From positions 1 to 36,855 of the forward strand of contig CAZFBC010000001.1 in the NCBI GenBank assembly GCA_964517245.1: DNA of 36,855 bases, given 5' to 3'. The notes under the pieces were generated by a model. The model was not told the DNA's origin and searched no databases. It saw only the letters and a program-made list of their open reading frames with translations. This document shows positions 7,759 to 16,135 of this stretch, in pieces. The position numbers and the translations under genes were made by a program. Position 1 is the stretch's first letter. Each line of letters starts with the position of its first letter. The stretch comes from an uncultured Eubacteriales bacterium (GTDB taxonomy: Bacteria; Acidobacteriota; Aminicenantia; Aminicenantales; Saccharicenantaceae).

Positions 7759-10380
7759 TCACTTGACCACCGTGACGTTCTTCGGGTCCAGGGACACGTA
7801 CCACGTCTGCCCGTACCCGGGATAGACCCTGATGGTATCATAACCCTTGGCGCGAAGGTACCTCGATACCATGTCGCCCCTCGAGAGATTGTAAAGATTT
7901 ACCTGCGGGTCGTTGGCCCAGTCCCAGGCCTTGGCCAGGAGGTTCTGGTTGTAGTCGGCGATCTTCTTGGCCAGGATCCTGAGCTTGAGGTTGGCCGGCC
8001 CGTAATCCGACTCGACCTCGGTACTCGAATAGACGCCCCGGCCGTACACCATCCCGTCACCGACGACGAACCCTTCCCGGCCGATGTGGGCGGCGTTATA
8101 CCCGGACGTGTTGTGGTTGAGCGTCTCCTTGACCTCGCTATCCTTGGCCCAGGCGTCGGCCTCCTCCTTGGTCATGGACGGCTTCCACTGCGGGAGCTCG
8201 GCCTGGACCGGCTCGTCCTGAGGCTCCTCGACCTCGGACTTGTCAACCAGGGGATAGGTCGAGCACCGGCAGTTACAGACGTTCCAGGCGCTGGCCGCCG
8301 GATCGCCCGGGCCGTACATCTGCTCCCCTCCCACCAGGAAGTTCTCGGTCAGCTTGATCTCGACCCCGTCCATCGCCACGTGCTCCGGCCGGCTGGTCGC
8401 CAGCATCTGGCAATTCCAGCCCTTGTACTCGACGTGCTTGGTTTGCTCGTAGCCCCTGAGGTTCGACCAGTTCTCGAGCTTGGTCGACTCGGTCTCGGCC
8501 CAGAGGCGCGACCTGGCCGGACTCATCCAGTCGACCTGCTCCCAGATCTGCTGGGCGAGGTGGTCGATGGTCGACTTCGGGTCGTTCTGCGCGGCCAGGA
8601 GGGTCTCATAGATCTGGTCGATGGTCGAGGCGCAGACCTTGGTCCCGGAATTGAAGACCATCTGCATGAGCTCTTCTTCGAGCTCCGGGGTCAACCGGAA
8701 GGTCCACCCGTCCTTCGTCTCCGGCGCCCCGTCGAAGAGCTCGCCCTTGGCCGCCCGGATGCCGGCCTCCCCCCCGCGCTTGGCCCCGTCGACGTACCAG
8801 GGCTTGAACGCCTTGGCATAAGCCTCGGCCTCGGCCTTCTTGTCGAAGACCGCCTCGAGCGTCACCTGGGAGACCGAGTCGAAGCGCCTCACCGCGGCGT
8901 CGACCTTCTCCGCCTGGCGCCTCATGTACCGGTTCTGGATGATCTTGAAGGACCTCTCGGCCGCCCGGGCCCGGGCGTCGGCCGCCTTCCAGAGCTTGAG
9001 CTTCCTGACGGGGTCGGCCCAGAAGGACGGCTTCGTGCCGGCCGCCTTCCGGGAATGGGCCCGATTTGCCACTCCAGGCCCCGTCAGGGACGTTTTCTCG
9101 CCTTCCCCCTCCTCCTCGCCTTCATCCTCGCCCCCGGCCCCTCCTGCGCCATCCTGGGCCCCTCCGGAGTCCAGGGGAACCAGGGTCGACACGTCCTCGA
9201 GCGAGATCTCCGAGATGGGGACCAGGACCACGTCCCCCTTCTTCCCCAGCGAATCGAACCCCAGCTCGGCCCTCTGCTCGTTGATGGAGAGGCAGCGAGT
9301 CTGGGAGACGTAGACCCACTTCTGGCCCCGGTCCTCCTGGAGGGCGTCGATGGAATCCCGGTCGTAATCGAGCCTCGAGCCGTCCCCGTATGCCGGCACA
9401 AGCCAGGAGTTGAGCTCGTCCCTGACGAGGTCGGCCAGGGGAAGGACCGTCTCCTCGTACAGGGCCCGCCTGGCCTCCTTGTAGTTGTTGTAGGTCGTCG
9501 CCTCGGTATCGCCCAAGAGCATGGACGGCACGCCGAAGATCGAACAGATCTCCCGGAAGGTCATCTTCTGGCCGTTGATCCAGTCCAGGTCCTTGGCCGT
9601 GAGAGAGGTCGGCGTCCAGGTCGCCTTCCCCTCGGTGATGAGGAACCGGCCGGCGTTGAGCGTCCCGGCCTGCTTCGCCTGGAGCTCGGCCTTGAGCTTC
9701 TCGCGGTCGTCCTCCATGAGCTCCGCCTCGAAGTTGAGGACGCCCGAGGGGGTCATGTTGTTCTGGAGGAGGCTTTTGTTCCAGCTCCGGGCATCGTTCG
9801 AGATGTCGACCTGATAGGCCGCGACCTGGACCCTCGAGAGCCCGTACCAATCGTCGAGGGGATTGAACTCGGTGATCTGGAGAACGTCGTCGGCCTTGAG
9901 CTGGACCGGCGTCGACCCGGCGCTATACTGCCAGCCGGCCACGGGTTCGATCCAGTTCCCCGGGATGACCTTCATCCGGTCGGGCCTCAGCGAGTAGAGG
10001 AACTTGGGAGGCTCGCTGAGCGAGATCCCGTGGGCCTTGAGGAGATAGGAGTTCCCGGCCAGGAGGATGAACGAGTAGACCTTCTCCATGAACCGCGTCC
10101 CGCTCTCCCGCTTGTTAGGCCTCGCGAGCAGGGCCAGGAGCGTGCTCTTCTCGAGCTCGTTCCCCGCCTTGTCGAAGTGGACCCAGCGGAGACGGCTCCC
10201 CGTCTTGGCCACGATCGAGACGCTCGCGAACACGGCCGCGCAGTTCTTATACCCGGCCTCGGCCAGCGACGCGTAATCCTTCGGCGTCCAGATCGCCTGG
10301 CCCGGAGCGACGTTCGCGAAGACGGACCGCATGGCCGGATTGTCCTTGCGCCCGAACAGGCTCTTGAGTATAGGCATCAT
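7759..10380 (-). CDS. portal protein fused to a MuF/SPP1 gp7-like minor head domain, with an extra C-terminal domain
   Basis: 873 aa. Residues ~1-415 are HK97-type portal-like and are followed by an acidic GGEDEGEEEGEGE linker. A MuF-like region ends in the motif NCRCSTYP. The last ~170 aa (LNHNTSG..YGRGVYSS...) are of unknown function. Confidence 0.75.
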   Translation of the reverse strand: MMPILKSLFGRKDNPAMRSVFANVAPGQAIWTPKDYASLAEAGYKNCAAVFASVSIVAKTGSRLRWVHFDKAGNELEKSTLLALLARPNKRESGTRFMEKVYSFILLAGNSYLLKAHGISLSEPPKFLYSLRPDRMKVIPGNWIEPVAGWQYSAGSTPVQLKADDVLQITEFNPLDDWYGLSRVQVAAYQVDISNDARSWNKSLLQNNMTPSGVLNFEAELMEDDREKLKAELQAKQAGTLNAGRFLITEGKATWTPTSLTAKDLDWINGQKMTFREICSIFGVPSMLLGDTEATTYNNYKEARRALYEETVLPLADLVRDELNSWLVPAYGDGSRLDYDRDSIDALQEDRGQKWVYVSQTRCLSINEQRAELGFDSLGKKGDVVLVPISEISLEDVSTLVPLDSGGAQDGAGGAGGEDEGEEEGEGEKTSLTGPGVANRAHSRKAAGTKPSFWADPVRKLKLWKAADARARAAERSFKIIQNRYMRRQAEKVDAAVRRFDSVSQVTLEAVFDKKAEAEAYAKAFKPWYVDGAKRGGEAGIRAAKGELFDGAPETKDGWTFRLTPELEEELMQMVFNSGTKVCASTIDQIYETLLAAQNDPKSTIDHLAQQIWEQVDWMSPARSRLWAETESTKLENWSNLRGYEQTKHVEYKGWNCQMLATSRPEHVAMDGVEIKLTENFLVGGEQMYGPGDPAASAWNVCNCRCSTYPLVDKSEVEEPQDEPVQAELPQWKPSMTKEEADAWAKDSEVKETLNHNTSGYNAAHIGREGFVVGDGMVYGRGVYSSTEVESDYGPANLKLRILAKKIADYNQNLLAKAWDWANDPQVNLYNLSRGDMVSRYLRAKGYDTIRVYPGYGQTWYVSLDPKNVTVVK

Positions 10381-11606
10381 GCACTCCAGATCCGCGCCCT
10401 CGCCTTGGCGCAGTGGCTAAAGATCCCGTACCGCACCGCGTCGATCGCGTGGTTCTCATCCTGGACCGGCTCGCCGACCGACTGGCCCGAGCGGTCCTTC
10501 CGCCAGCAATACCCGCTCACCTCCCGGAAGAGGTCGGGGTTTCCCTGGAGGATGTGGACCTTGCACCTGCCCTTGATGAAATCGATCCCGGCCCTGACCG
10601 AGTCCGGCCCCTTCTCGGCCGGCCTGACCCGGAAGCCCATGCGCCTGAGCTCCTCGTTCGACTTAGGCTCGGCCGAGTCGAAATAGACCGGCTCCTGGCC
10701 GACCCCGCGCTCGCGCATGAGCTCGCCGAGATCCTGGTTGGTCAGGCCGACCCGGTAGATCACCTGCTCGAGCCAGAACTCCCAGGCCTTGCGGTAGATC
10801 CTGACCACGGCCGAGGGGTCCACCGAGTACCCGTAATCGCCCCCGTACCAAACGTCGTCGAACCAGGCAACCGGCCGCGGCCGGCCGGCCTCGTCCACCG
10901 GCCAGGGCACCACGTCCCACCCGAAGATCTGGCCGCTCCGGACGGCCCAGACCCCGAGCCTGGCGATCTGGTACAGGGCCTCATCCTGGCCCTTGAGCTG
11001 GTCGAGGACCTTGATGTACCCCTCCCTGACCTCTGGGACGGGGTTGTCCTCGACCGTCGAGCGGTGGACGTGGGAGTCTGGGTACGGCGACGGCCCGAAG
11101 AACATCTCCTTGAGCCAGCGCGCCTCGGCCTCCTGGGGATTGAAGGTCAGCATGATCTGCTTATAGCTCGGGCCCGGCTCGCGGAGGCAGAGGTCGACCT
11201 TGAGGAAGTCGTCCCTGGAGAACTCGGTCGCCTCCTCGATCCAGATCGAGGTGATGCCCTTGATGCTCTTGAGCTTCTCCGGGTCGTCGAGGCCCTCGAA
11301 CAGGAACCAGAAAACGCCCCGCGGCCCCTTGACCATGATGGTCCGGTCCGACTTGTTGTAATCGTAGGGGATCTGGTTCTCCTCGAGCTTGGTCAGGATA
11401 ACCCGGATGACCGAATCGGCCAGCGTCTTGCGGACCTTCCGCATGACCAGGAACCGGTGGCCGCCCTCCTTCCACCCTCGGGCCAGGAGCTTGTTGGCCG
11501 CGGCCTCGGACTTGCCCGACCCCCGGCCCCCGCACATGACGAGGTAACGGGCGACGACCTCCAGGAGGCCGAAGAAGGCGTCACTGAAGAGGAGCTTGAG
11601 CTTCAC
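10377..11606 (-). CDS. terL: terminase large subunit (PBSX / Terminase_3-like)
   Basis: GTG start overlaps the terS stop as GTGA. It has Walker A (GGRGSGKS) and Walker B-like (SIWIEEA) motifs. The longer 514-aa track ORF is an out-of-frame overlap with terS. Confidence 0.85.
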   Translation of the reverse strand: MKLKLLFSDAFFGLLEVVARYLVMCGGRGSGKSEAAANKLLARGWKEGGHRFLVMRKVRKTLADSVIRVILTKLEENQIPYDYNKSDRTIMVKGPRGVFWFLFEGLDDPEKLKSIKGITSIWIEEATEFSRDDFLKVDLCLREPGPSYKQIMLTFNPQEAEARWLKEMFFGPSPYPDSHVHRSTVEDNPVPEVREGYIKVLDQLKGQDEALYQIARLGVWAVRSGQIFGWDVVPWPVDEAGRPRPVAWFDDVWYGGDYGYSVDPSAVVRIYRKAWEFWLEQVIYRVGLTNQDLGELMRERGVGQEPVYFDSAEPKSNEELRRMGFRVRPAEKGPDSVRAGIDFIKGRCKVHILQGNPDLFREVSGYCWRKDRSGQSVGEPVQDENHAIDAVRYGIFSHCAKARARIWSA

Positions 11607-12082
11607 TCCCCGCCTCCGTTCCCGTTGCCCTTCCCGTTCCCCTTCCCGTTCCCGCCCTCGGCCGGCGCGGCCCTGACGTGGACGACCTCGATCCTGAGGC
11701 TCGACTCCCCGGCCCCGTCGGACCCGAAGAAGGTGTCGCGGCGGTCGCGCCAGCGGTCGGCCTGCCGGTTCTTGAGCCAGAAGAAGCAAGCGGTCACGTT
11801 CGGCAGAACGCCCCTCGACCGATCCCCGAGGCACGACTCGTAAAGCGCCCGGGCGACCTGGGCGTCGGCCTTCAGCTTCCCGGCTTTTAAGGCCTGACAA
11901 AAGTCCGGCTTCTTGTTCCACCTGATGACCGTCCGGTCGCTGATCCCGAGGGCCAGGCCGATCTCGACGTTGGTCAGGCCCAGGGAGGCCAGGGCCTTGA
12001 CCTGCTCGAGGTCGACCTTCTCGAGCTTGGTCGGCCGGCCCATCTTGGCCGGCGCCGCGGCCTTCGTTTTCGCCGGCTTCAT
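11603..12082 (-). CDS. terS: terminase small subunit (HTH)
   Basis: 159 aa. The HTH is LGLTNVEIGLALGISDRTVIRW and the C-terminal tail is a GNGKGNGKGNGNGGG repeat. It lies directly upstream of terL. Confidence 0.7.
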   Translation of the reverse strand: MKPAKTKAAAPAKMGRPTKLEKVDLEQVKALASLGLTNVEIGLALGISDRTVIRWNKKPDFCQALKAGKLKADAQVARALYESCLGDRSRGVLPNVTACFFWLKNRQADRWRDRRDTFFGSDGAGESSLRIEVVHVRAAPAEGGNGKGNGKGNGNGGGE

Positions 12083-13173
12083 CCTGCGGCCTCCTGGGGC
12101 CTCGTCCTGGCCTGCCCCTTCCCTGCCCCTTGGCCCCTGGGCCGTTTGGCCTCCTGGCTCGTCCTGGGCCCGTTCTGGGCCGTTCTGGAGGCTCCCGCCT
12201 GGTCCAGGACCCCCTCCTTGACGGCCCTGGCCACGTGGTACATGAACCGGGGCATGACGGCGTTCCCGATCCGCTCGACGGCCCGCTTCCGGTCGGTGAA
12301 CTGGAAGTCGTCCGGGAAGGTCGAGAGGCGCTTGAGCTCGGCCTGGGTCAGATACCGGTCCTCGTCCGGGTGGATGAGGCCGGCGTGGCCGAACTCAGAT
12401 TTGACGATGGTCGGCGACGGCCGGCCCCAGACGAGCCTCGAGGTCGCGATGGACCCGGCCGCGGACCCCTTCTCCTCGATGAAGACCGTGGCGATCTTCC
12501 AGACGCCCATCCCGGGCGAGATCCTCCGGCACGCCTTCCGCATCCAGGCCGGCATCTCCCGATCCTCGGCCTGGGGAGGCAGCCCCTCGAGGGCCTTCCG
12601 GACCGTGACCAGCCCGGGGACCGGCTTGGGCCAGGCCGGCTTGAGGCCGAGGTCGCGCCGGACCCCGATGAAGATCAGGCGCTTCCGGGACTGAGGGACC
12701 TCGTAATGTCTGGCATCCATGAGCCGGCACTCGACCACGTAGTCCAGGGACTTCAGCGTCTGGATGATCTCCAGGAAGCGGCCCTTCATCCGGCCCGAGG
12801 CCATGCCCTGGACGTTCTCCATGACGAAGACCCTCGGCTCGAAGTCGCGGATGAGCCTGACGAACTCGCGGAAGAGGTCGTTGCGCTCGTCCCTGACCTT
12901 GCGCCGGCCGGCCGTGGAGAACCCCTGGCACGGCGGCGACCCATCCAGCACGTCGAGCTCCCCCCGCTTGAGGCCGGTCGCCTCGAGGACCCGCTCGGCC
13001 GTCACCTGACAGATGTCCTCCTGCCAGCACGGGACGCGCGGGAAGTTGCGCCGGAAGGTCAGGACCGAATCCTCGTCGAAGTCGATGGCCAGGAGCTCCT
13101 TGAAGCCGGCCCAGCGGTAACCGAGGGAGGACCCCCCGCATCCGGCGAAGGTCGAGACCACCGTCGGCTTCAC
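12079..13173 (-). CDS. dcm: DNA (cytosine-5) methyltransferase
   Basis: The motifs are FAGCGG (I), SPPCQGFS (IV), ENV (VI), QSRKR (VIII) and GNAV (X). The start is uncertain among GTG codons at 13173, 13176 and 13197. Confidence 0.9.
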   Translation of the reverse strand: MKPTVVSTFAGCGGSSLGYRWAGFKELLAIDFDEDSVLTFRRNFPRVPCWQEDICQVTAERVLEATGLKRGELDVLDGSPPCQGFSTAGRRKVRDERNDLFREFVRLIRDFEPRVFVMENVQGMASGRMKGRFLEIIQTLKSLDYVVECRLMDARHYEVPQSRKRLIFIGVRRDLGLKPAWPKPVPGLVTVRKALEGLPPQAEDREMPAWMRKACRRISPGMGVWKIATVFIEEKGSAAGSIATSRLVWGRPSPTIVKSEFGHAGLIHPDEDRYLTQAELKRLSTFPDDFQFTDRKRAVERIGNAVMPRFMYHVARAVKEGVLDQAGASRTAQNGPRTSQEAKRPRGQGAGKGQARTRPQEAAG

Positions 13174-13691
13174 CACTTGTAACCGCACTCCTTGCACTCA
13201 TGCGTCGTCGGGAGGGATTCGTCAAGCTCCTTCTCCTGGACCATCGACCCCGGCCCGAACTTCTTGAGGAAGTCCGGCACCTTCTCCTCGTCCCCCAGGG
13301 CCACGTGGTAATCCTCCAGCACGACCCTGTCCTTGATCGGATCAAGGGCCTTCGCCAGGGCCTCGAGGTCGTACCGGCCGACCCGGTCGTTATCGCTGAG
13401 CGCGTACTCGAGCGCCTCGGCCTCCGTCTTGGGATGGACCACCGAGATCTCGACCTCCTTGTGGCCGAGCTCCCGGTAGGCCCTGAGGCGCATGTTCCCG
13501 CCCAGCACGACCCACTTCTTCCCGGCCGGCATGACGACCAAAGGCTTAAAGACCCCGTGGCGCTCGATCTGGCGCTTGAGGCGCTGGAAGCCGGCCTCGG
13601 AGATCCCGCGGGGGTTCCTGGGCCATGGTTCGACCTGGGAGATCGGGACCGTCTTGAGCTCCGGGCTACCTGCACCCTGCATGCTATTCAT
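13170..13691 (-). CDS. ParB-like nuclease domain protein (copy 2)
   Basis: The motifs are PWPRNPRG, VLGGNMRLRAYRELG and ALSDNDR. The C-terminus carries a CxxC (HECKECGYKW). Confidence 0.75.
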   Translation of the reverse strand: MNSMQGAGSPELKTVPISQVEPWPRNPRGISEAGFQRLKRQIERHGVFKPLVVMPAGKKWVVLGGNMRLRAYRELGHKEVEISVVHPKTEAEALEYALSDNDRVGRYDLEALAKALDPIKDRVVLEDYHVALGDEEKVPDFLKKFGPGSMVQEKELDESLPTTHECKECGYKW

Positions 13692-14190
13692 CGACCACCG
13701 CTCCACAATTCGGACAGACGACCGGCCCGGATCCGGGCGGGTTTTTCATGGGATAGGCCAGGGTCTCCTCGACCTTCCCGCCCAGGGTCTCGATGACCCA
13801 TCCGAGGGCCGAATCGATCCCCGTGTCCACGCGGTAGAGGTCGTGCTCGAGCGCCTCGCGGTGCTCCCAGAGGAGCTCAGCCAGCTCCTGCTCCTCGTAG
13901 TACCCGGCCCGGTCGTTATCGGCCAGGGAGATCTCGAGCTTCTCGGCCTCGTCCCGCGGCTTGACCACCGAGAGGACGACCTCCCGGAAGCCCAGCTCGC
14001 GGAGCACCTGGAGGCGCATGTTCCCGCCGAGGACCGTATAACCCCCGTTCTCCTTGAAGGCGACCAGGGGCTTGTAGAGCTTGAGCTTCGAGATCTGGGC
14101 CTTGAGGCGCGCCAGGTCCTCCGGCTCGGCCGTCCTGGGATTGCGGTCCCAGGCCCGGACCTTCTCGAGCGGCGCGGTCGCGTAGGTCAC
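13684..14190 (-). CDS. ParB-like nuclease domain protein (copy 1)
   Basis: GTG start overlaps the upstream stop as GTGA. It has the motifs AWDRNPRT, VLGGNMRLQVLRELG and SLADNDR and a C-terminal CPNC. It is a paralog of 13170..13691. Confidence 0.75.
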   Translation of the reverse strand: MTYATAPLEKVRAWDRNPRTAEPEDLARLKAQISKLKLYKPLVAFKENGGYTVLGGNMRLQVLRELGFREVVLSVVKPRDEAEKLEISLADNDRAGYYEEQELAELLWEHREALEHDLYRVDTGIDSALGWVIETLGGKVEETLAYPMKNPPGSGPVVCPNCGAVVDE

Positions 14191-14459
14191 GGCAGCGGCC
14201 CGTCCATGTGCCCGTTGATCTTCTCGACCAGCCGGTCGATCTTCTTCGAGAGGTCCTTCATCTCCTCGCGTTGCTCCCCCCGGTTGTCCTTGATCTCCGC
14301 GGCGCATCGGTTCAAGATCTCGATGACCGACCTGGTCCTCTCTTCGAGCGCCGTGATCCTGTTCGTGTTCGATAGGATCTGGCCGACGAAGACCCCGAAG
14401 AGGAGAACGGAGATCCCGGCGATGACGCGCTTGGTCGTGCCATTCCCCGGGAGCGTCAC
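14187..14459 (-). CDS. membrane-anchored coiled-coil protein (lysis cassette)
   Basis: 90 aa. It has one N-terminal hydrophobic helix (VIAGISVLLFGVFVGQIL) followed by a charged helical region. Confidence 0.5.
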   Translation of the reverse strand: MTLPGNGTTKRVIAGISVLLFGVFVGQILSNTNRITALEERTRSVIEILNRCAAEIKDNRGEQREEMKDLSKKIDRLVEKINGHMDGPLP

Positions 14460-14472
14460 GGCCAGCTCCCGC

Positions 14473-14667
14473 TCAGTCCTTCTTCAGGATCGTCGCGGCG
14501 CCCCAGGCCAGCGCGGCGAAAACGACGTGGAGGAGGACCACCGCGAAGTAGGCCGTGGCCGGCCCCATCTGGTGGGGCTTGCCCAGGAACCAGAACGCGA
14601 TGATAAACGCGGCATATGCCACGAGGAACCCGGCGCCCTTCTTCTGCGTGTCGCTCAGCTTCGCCAT
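14473..14667 (-). CDS. small two-TM membrane protein (holin or antiholin candidate)
   Basis: 64 aa with two hydrophobic helices (FLVAYAAFIIAFWFL and YFAVVLLHVVFAALAWGAA) and a charged C-terminus. Confidence 0.5.
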   Translation of the reverse strand: MAKLSDTQKKGAGFLVAYAAFIIAFWFLGKPHQMGPATAYFAVVLLHVVFAALAWGAATILKKD

Positions 14668-14674
14668 GGTGACC

Positions 14675-15325
14675 TCACTTGCCGAAGATCAGCCCGAGCC
14701 CGAAGGCCACGGGCGGCCCCCATTTTCCGAGCTTCGCCCAGAACTTGGAGGACTTGTACCGGCTCTCGAGGTTGAGCGTGAGCGCATCTCCGGAGAGGCG
14801 CAAGGCGTGCTCGTCCTCGTATTGCTTCTTGAATATCAGGACCTGCACGGCGGCCGCCACGTAGGCCTTGTAGTAACCCTGCCCCTCCTCGATCGCCCGG
14901 TCCCGCTCGAGGGTCAAGGCTTTGATCTGGACGTCCTTGTTGAAGAGCCTGAGGTCGAAGCTCCTGACGAGCTCCTTGAGCCTGGGATTCGCGTCGATCA
15001 CGGGCTGGAGCTCGGTCCTGAGGCGGGAGTTCTCGGCCTCCAGGACTCGCTCCTCGCGGCGGGCCGCGGCTTCCCTGGCCTCGGCCTCGAGGCGCTTGGC
15101 CTTGGCCTCCTCAGCCTCACCGAGCGCCTGGGCGATCTCCAGGTCCTTCTTCCCGACCTCCTCGAGCGCGGCCCGGAGCGCCACGTCCCGGTCGGCCACG
15201 TCCCGGTCATAGGCCGCCCGCTCGATCCAGTACTCCCGATCCGGGCCCTGGACGGCCCGGTCCAGGGTGTACAGGACCAGCCCGACAAGGGCGACGATGA
15301 CGGACCAGAAGATGATCTTTTTCAT
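14675..15325 (-). CDS. membrane-anchored coiled-coil protein (spanin-like candidate)
   Basis: 216 aa. It has an N-terminal TM helix (IIFWSVIVALVGLVLY), a long Glu/Arg/Ala coiled coil and a C-terminal hydrophobic segment (PPVAFGLGLIFGK). Confidence 0.4.
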   Translation of the reverse strand: MKKIIFWSVIVALVGLVLYTLDRAVQGPDREYWIERAAYDRDVADRDVALRAALEEVGKKDLEIAQALGEAEEAKAKRLEAEAREAAARREERVLEAENSRLRTELQPVIDANPRLKELVRSFDLRLFNKDVQIKALTLERDRAIEEGQGYYKAYVAAAVQVLIFKKQYEDEHALRLSGDALTLNLESRYKSSKFWAKLGKWGPPVAFGLGLIFGK

Positions 15326-15561
15326 CCCTTGACCTCCGCTCCGGCTTTGAGCTCGGCCTTGGTCAGCGAGACCTTCGTGTACGTCCTCTGGCCCGTCTGG
15401 ACCCCGAGGCCGGCGAACAGGGCCGAGGCCGCCTCAAGAAAAGACGCCTTGATGAGCAGGGCCAGGATCGTACACAAGGTCATGTACAAGATGAACGCGA
15501 ACCCGTTGCCGACCTTCGACTCCAGGAGCCAGTTGACCAGGGCCTTCAGCTTCTCGATCAC
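15322..15561 (-). CDS. holin candidate (79 aa membrane protein)
   Basis: It has hydrophobic helices (FAFILYMTLCTILALLI and ASALFAGLGV) and lies immediately downstream of the endolysin. Confidence 0.5.
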   Translation of the reverse strand: MIEKLKALVNWLLESKVGNGFAFILYMTLCTILALLIKASFLEAASALFAGLGVQTGQRTYTKVSLTKAELKAGAEVKG

Positions 15562-15564
15562 GTC

Positions 15565-15981
15565 TCACTCCATGAACGGGTCGACGTATACCCTCGACCC
15601 TATCCGCGAAGCCAGGGGCCTGATCTTCACGAAGGCCGAAGCGGCCCAGGCCGCGTCGGAAGAGACCGTCCCCGATCCGCCTCCGCTCGCCTGGATGACG
15701 AGGTTGTTCTCCAGGACGATGCCGACGTGGACGATCTTCCCCGACTGGTTGGCGTAGAAGACCAAGGCCCCGGGCCGCGGCGTCGCGACCAGCTTACCGC
15801 TCAGCCTGGTGAAGAGCCCGGCGGCGGTGTTGTCGTAACCGTGTGGAAGGATCCCGACCGCGGTCAGGACCTCGATCGCGAAGCCCGAACAGTCGATCCC
15901 GGCCGGATCGTCGCCGCCCCAGACATACGGCCGGCCGAGCCAGCTCCACGCATACGCGAGCGCCTGCTCCCGGATGGTCAT
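15565..15981 (-). CDS. endolysin, NlpC/P60 (C40) peptidoglycan endopeptidase
   Basis: GRPYVWGGDDPAGIDCSGF contains the catalytic Cys and HVGIV the catalytic His. It is the first gene after the late promoter and terminator. Confidence 0.85.
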   Translation of the reverse strand: MTIREQALAYAWSWLGRPYVWGGDDPAGIDCSGFAIEVLTAVGILPHGYDNTAAGLFTRLSGKLVATPRPGALVFYANQSGKIVHVGIVLENNLVIQASGGGSGTVSSDAAWAASAFVKIRPLASRIGSRVYVDPFME

Positions 15982-15998
15982 GGCCTAACCCCTCGGAC

Positions 15999-16040
15999 AA
16001 AAAAAAAGGGGGGCCGCCGGTGTCCGTCCAGCGGTCCCCC
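15999..16040 (-). terminator. Rho-independent terminator between the late promoter and the first late gene
   Basis: The minus strand reads GGGGGACCGC...GCGGCCCCCC (GC-rich stem) followed by nine U. It lies 18 nt upstream of the endolysin ATG. Confidence 0.75.
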
Positions 16041-16097
16041 ATCACGGAGGAGTACTAAAACACTGTCGCGCGGTGCGCCTCGGGCTTCCACTCCTCC

Positions 16098-16125
16098 GTT
16101 ATAGCACGGGCCGACCCCTTGTCAA
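16098..16125 (-). promoter_or_regulatory. sigma70-like promoter (candidate late promoter)
   Basis: The minus strand reads TTGACA, a 16-nt spacer, then TATAAC. It starts 5 nt after the stop of the 173-aa gene. Confidence 0.65.
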
Positions 16126-16135
16126 GAGGCCGCGC

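Noticed and set aside
7570-10686. Very long plus-strand ORFs: 1038 aa here, and also 5415..7130, 29369..32608, 33300..36221, 21663..23381 and 905..2509.
   Set aside because: They lie exactly antisense to well-supported minus-strand genes (portal, capsid, tail protein, tape measure). Their translations are low-complexity Arg/Pro/Gly/Leu strings, they lack RBS contexts, and they are the expected stop-poor shadow frames of GC-rich DNA.
11615-11660. Short nucleotide tandem repeat (cccgttcc/cccttcc units) at the terS-terL junction.
   Set aside because: It simply encodes the GNGKGNGKGNGNG low-complexity tail of the small terminase. No independent regulatory role is supported.
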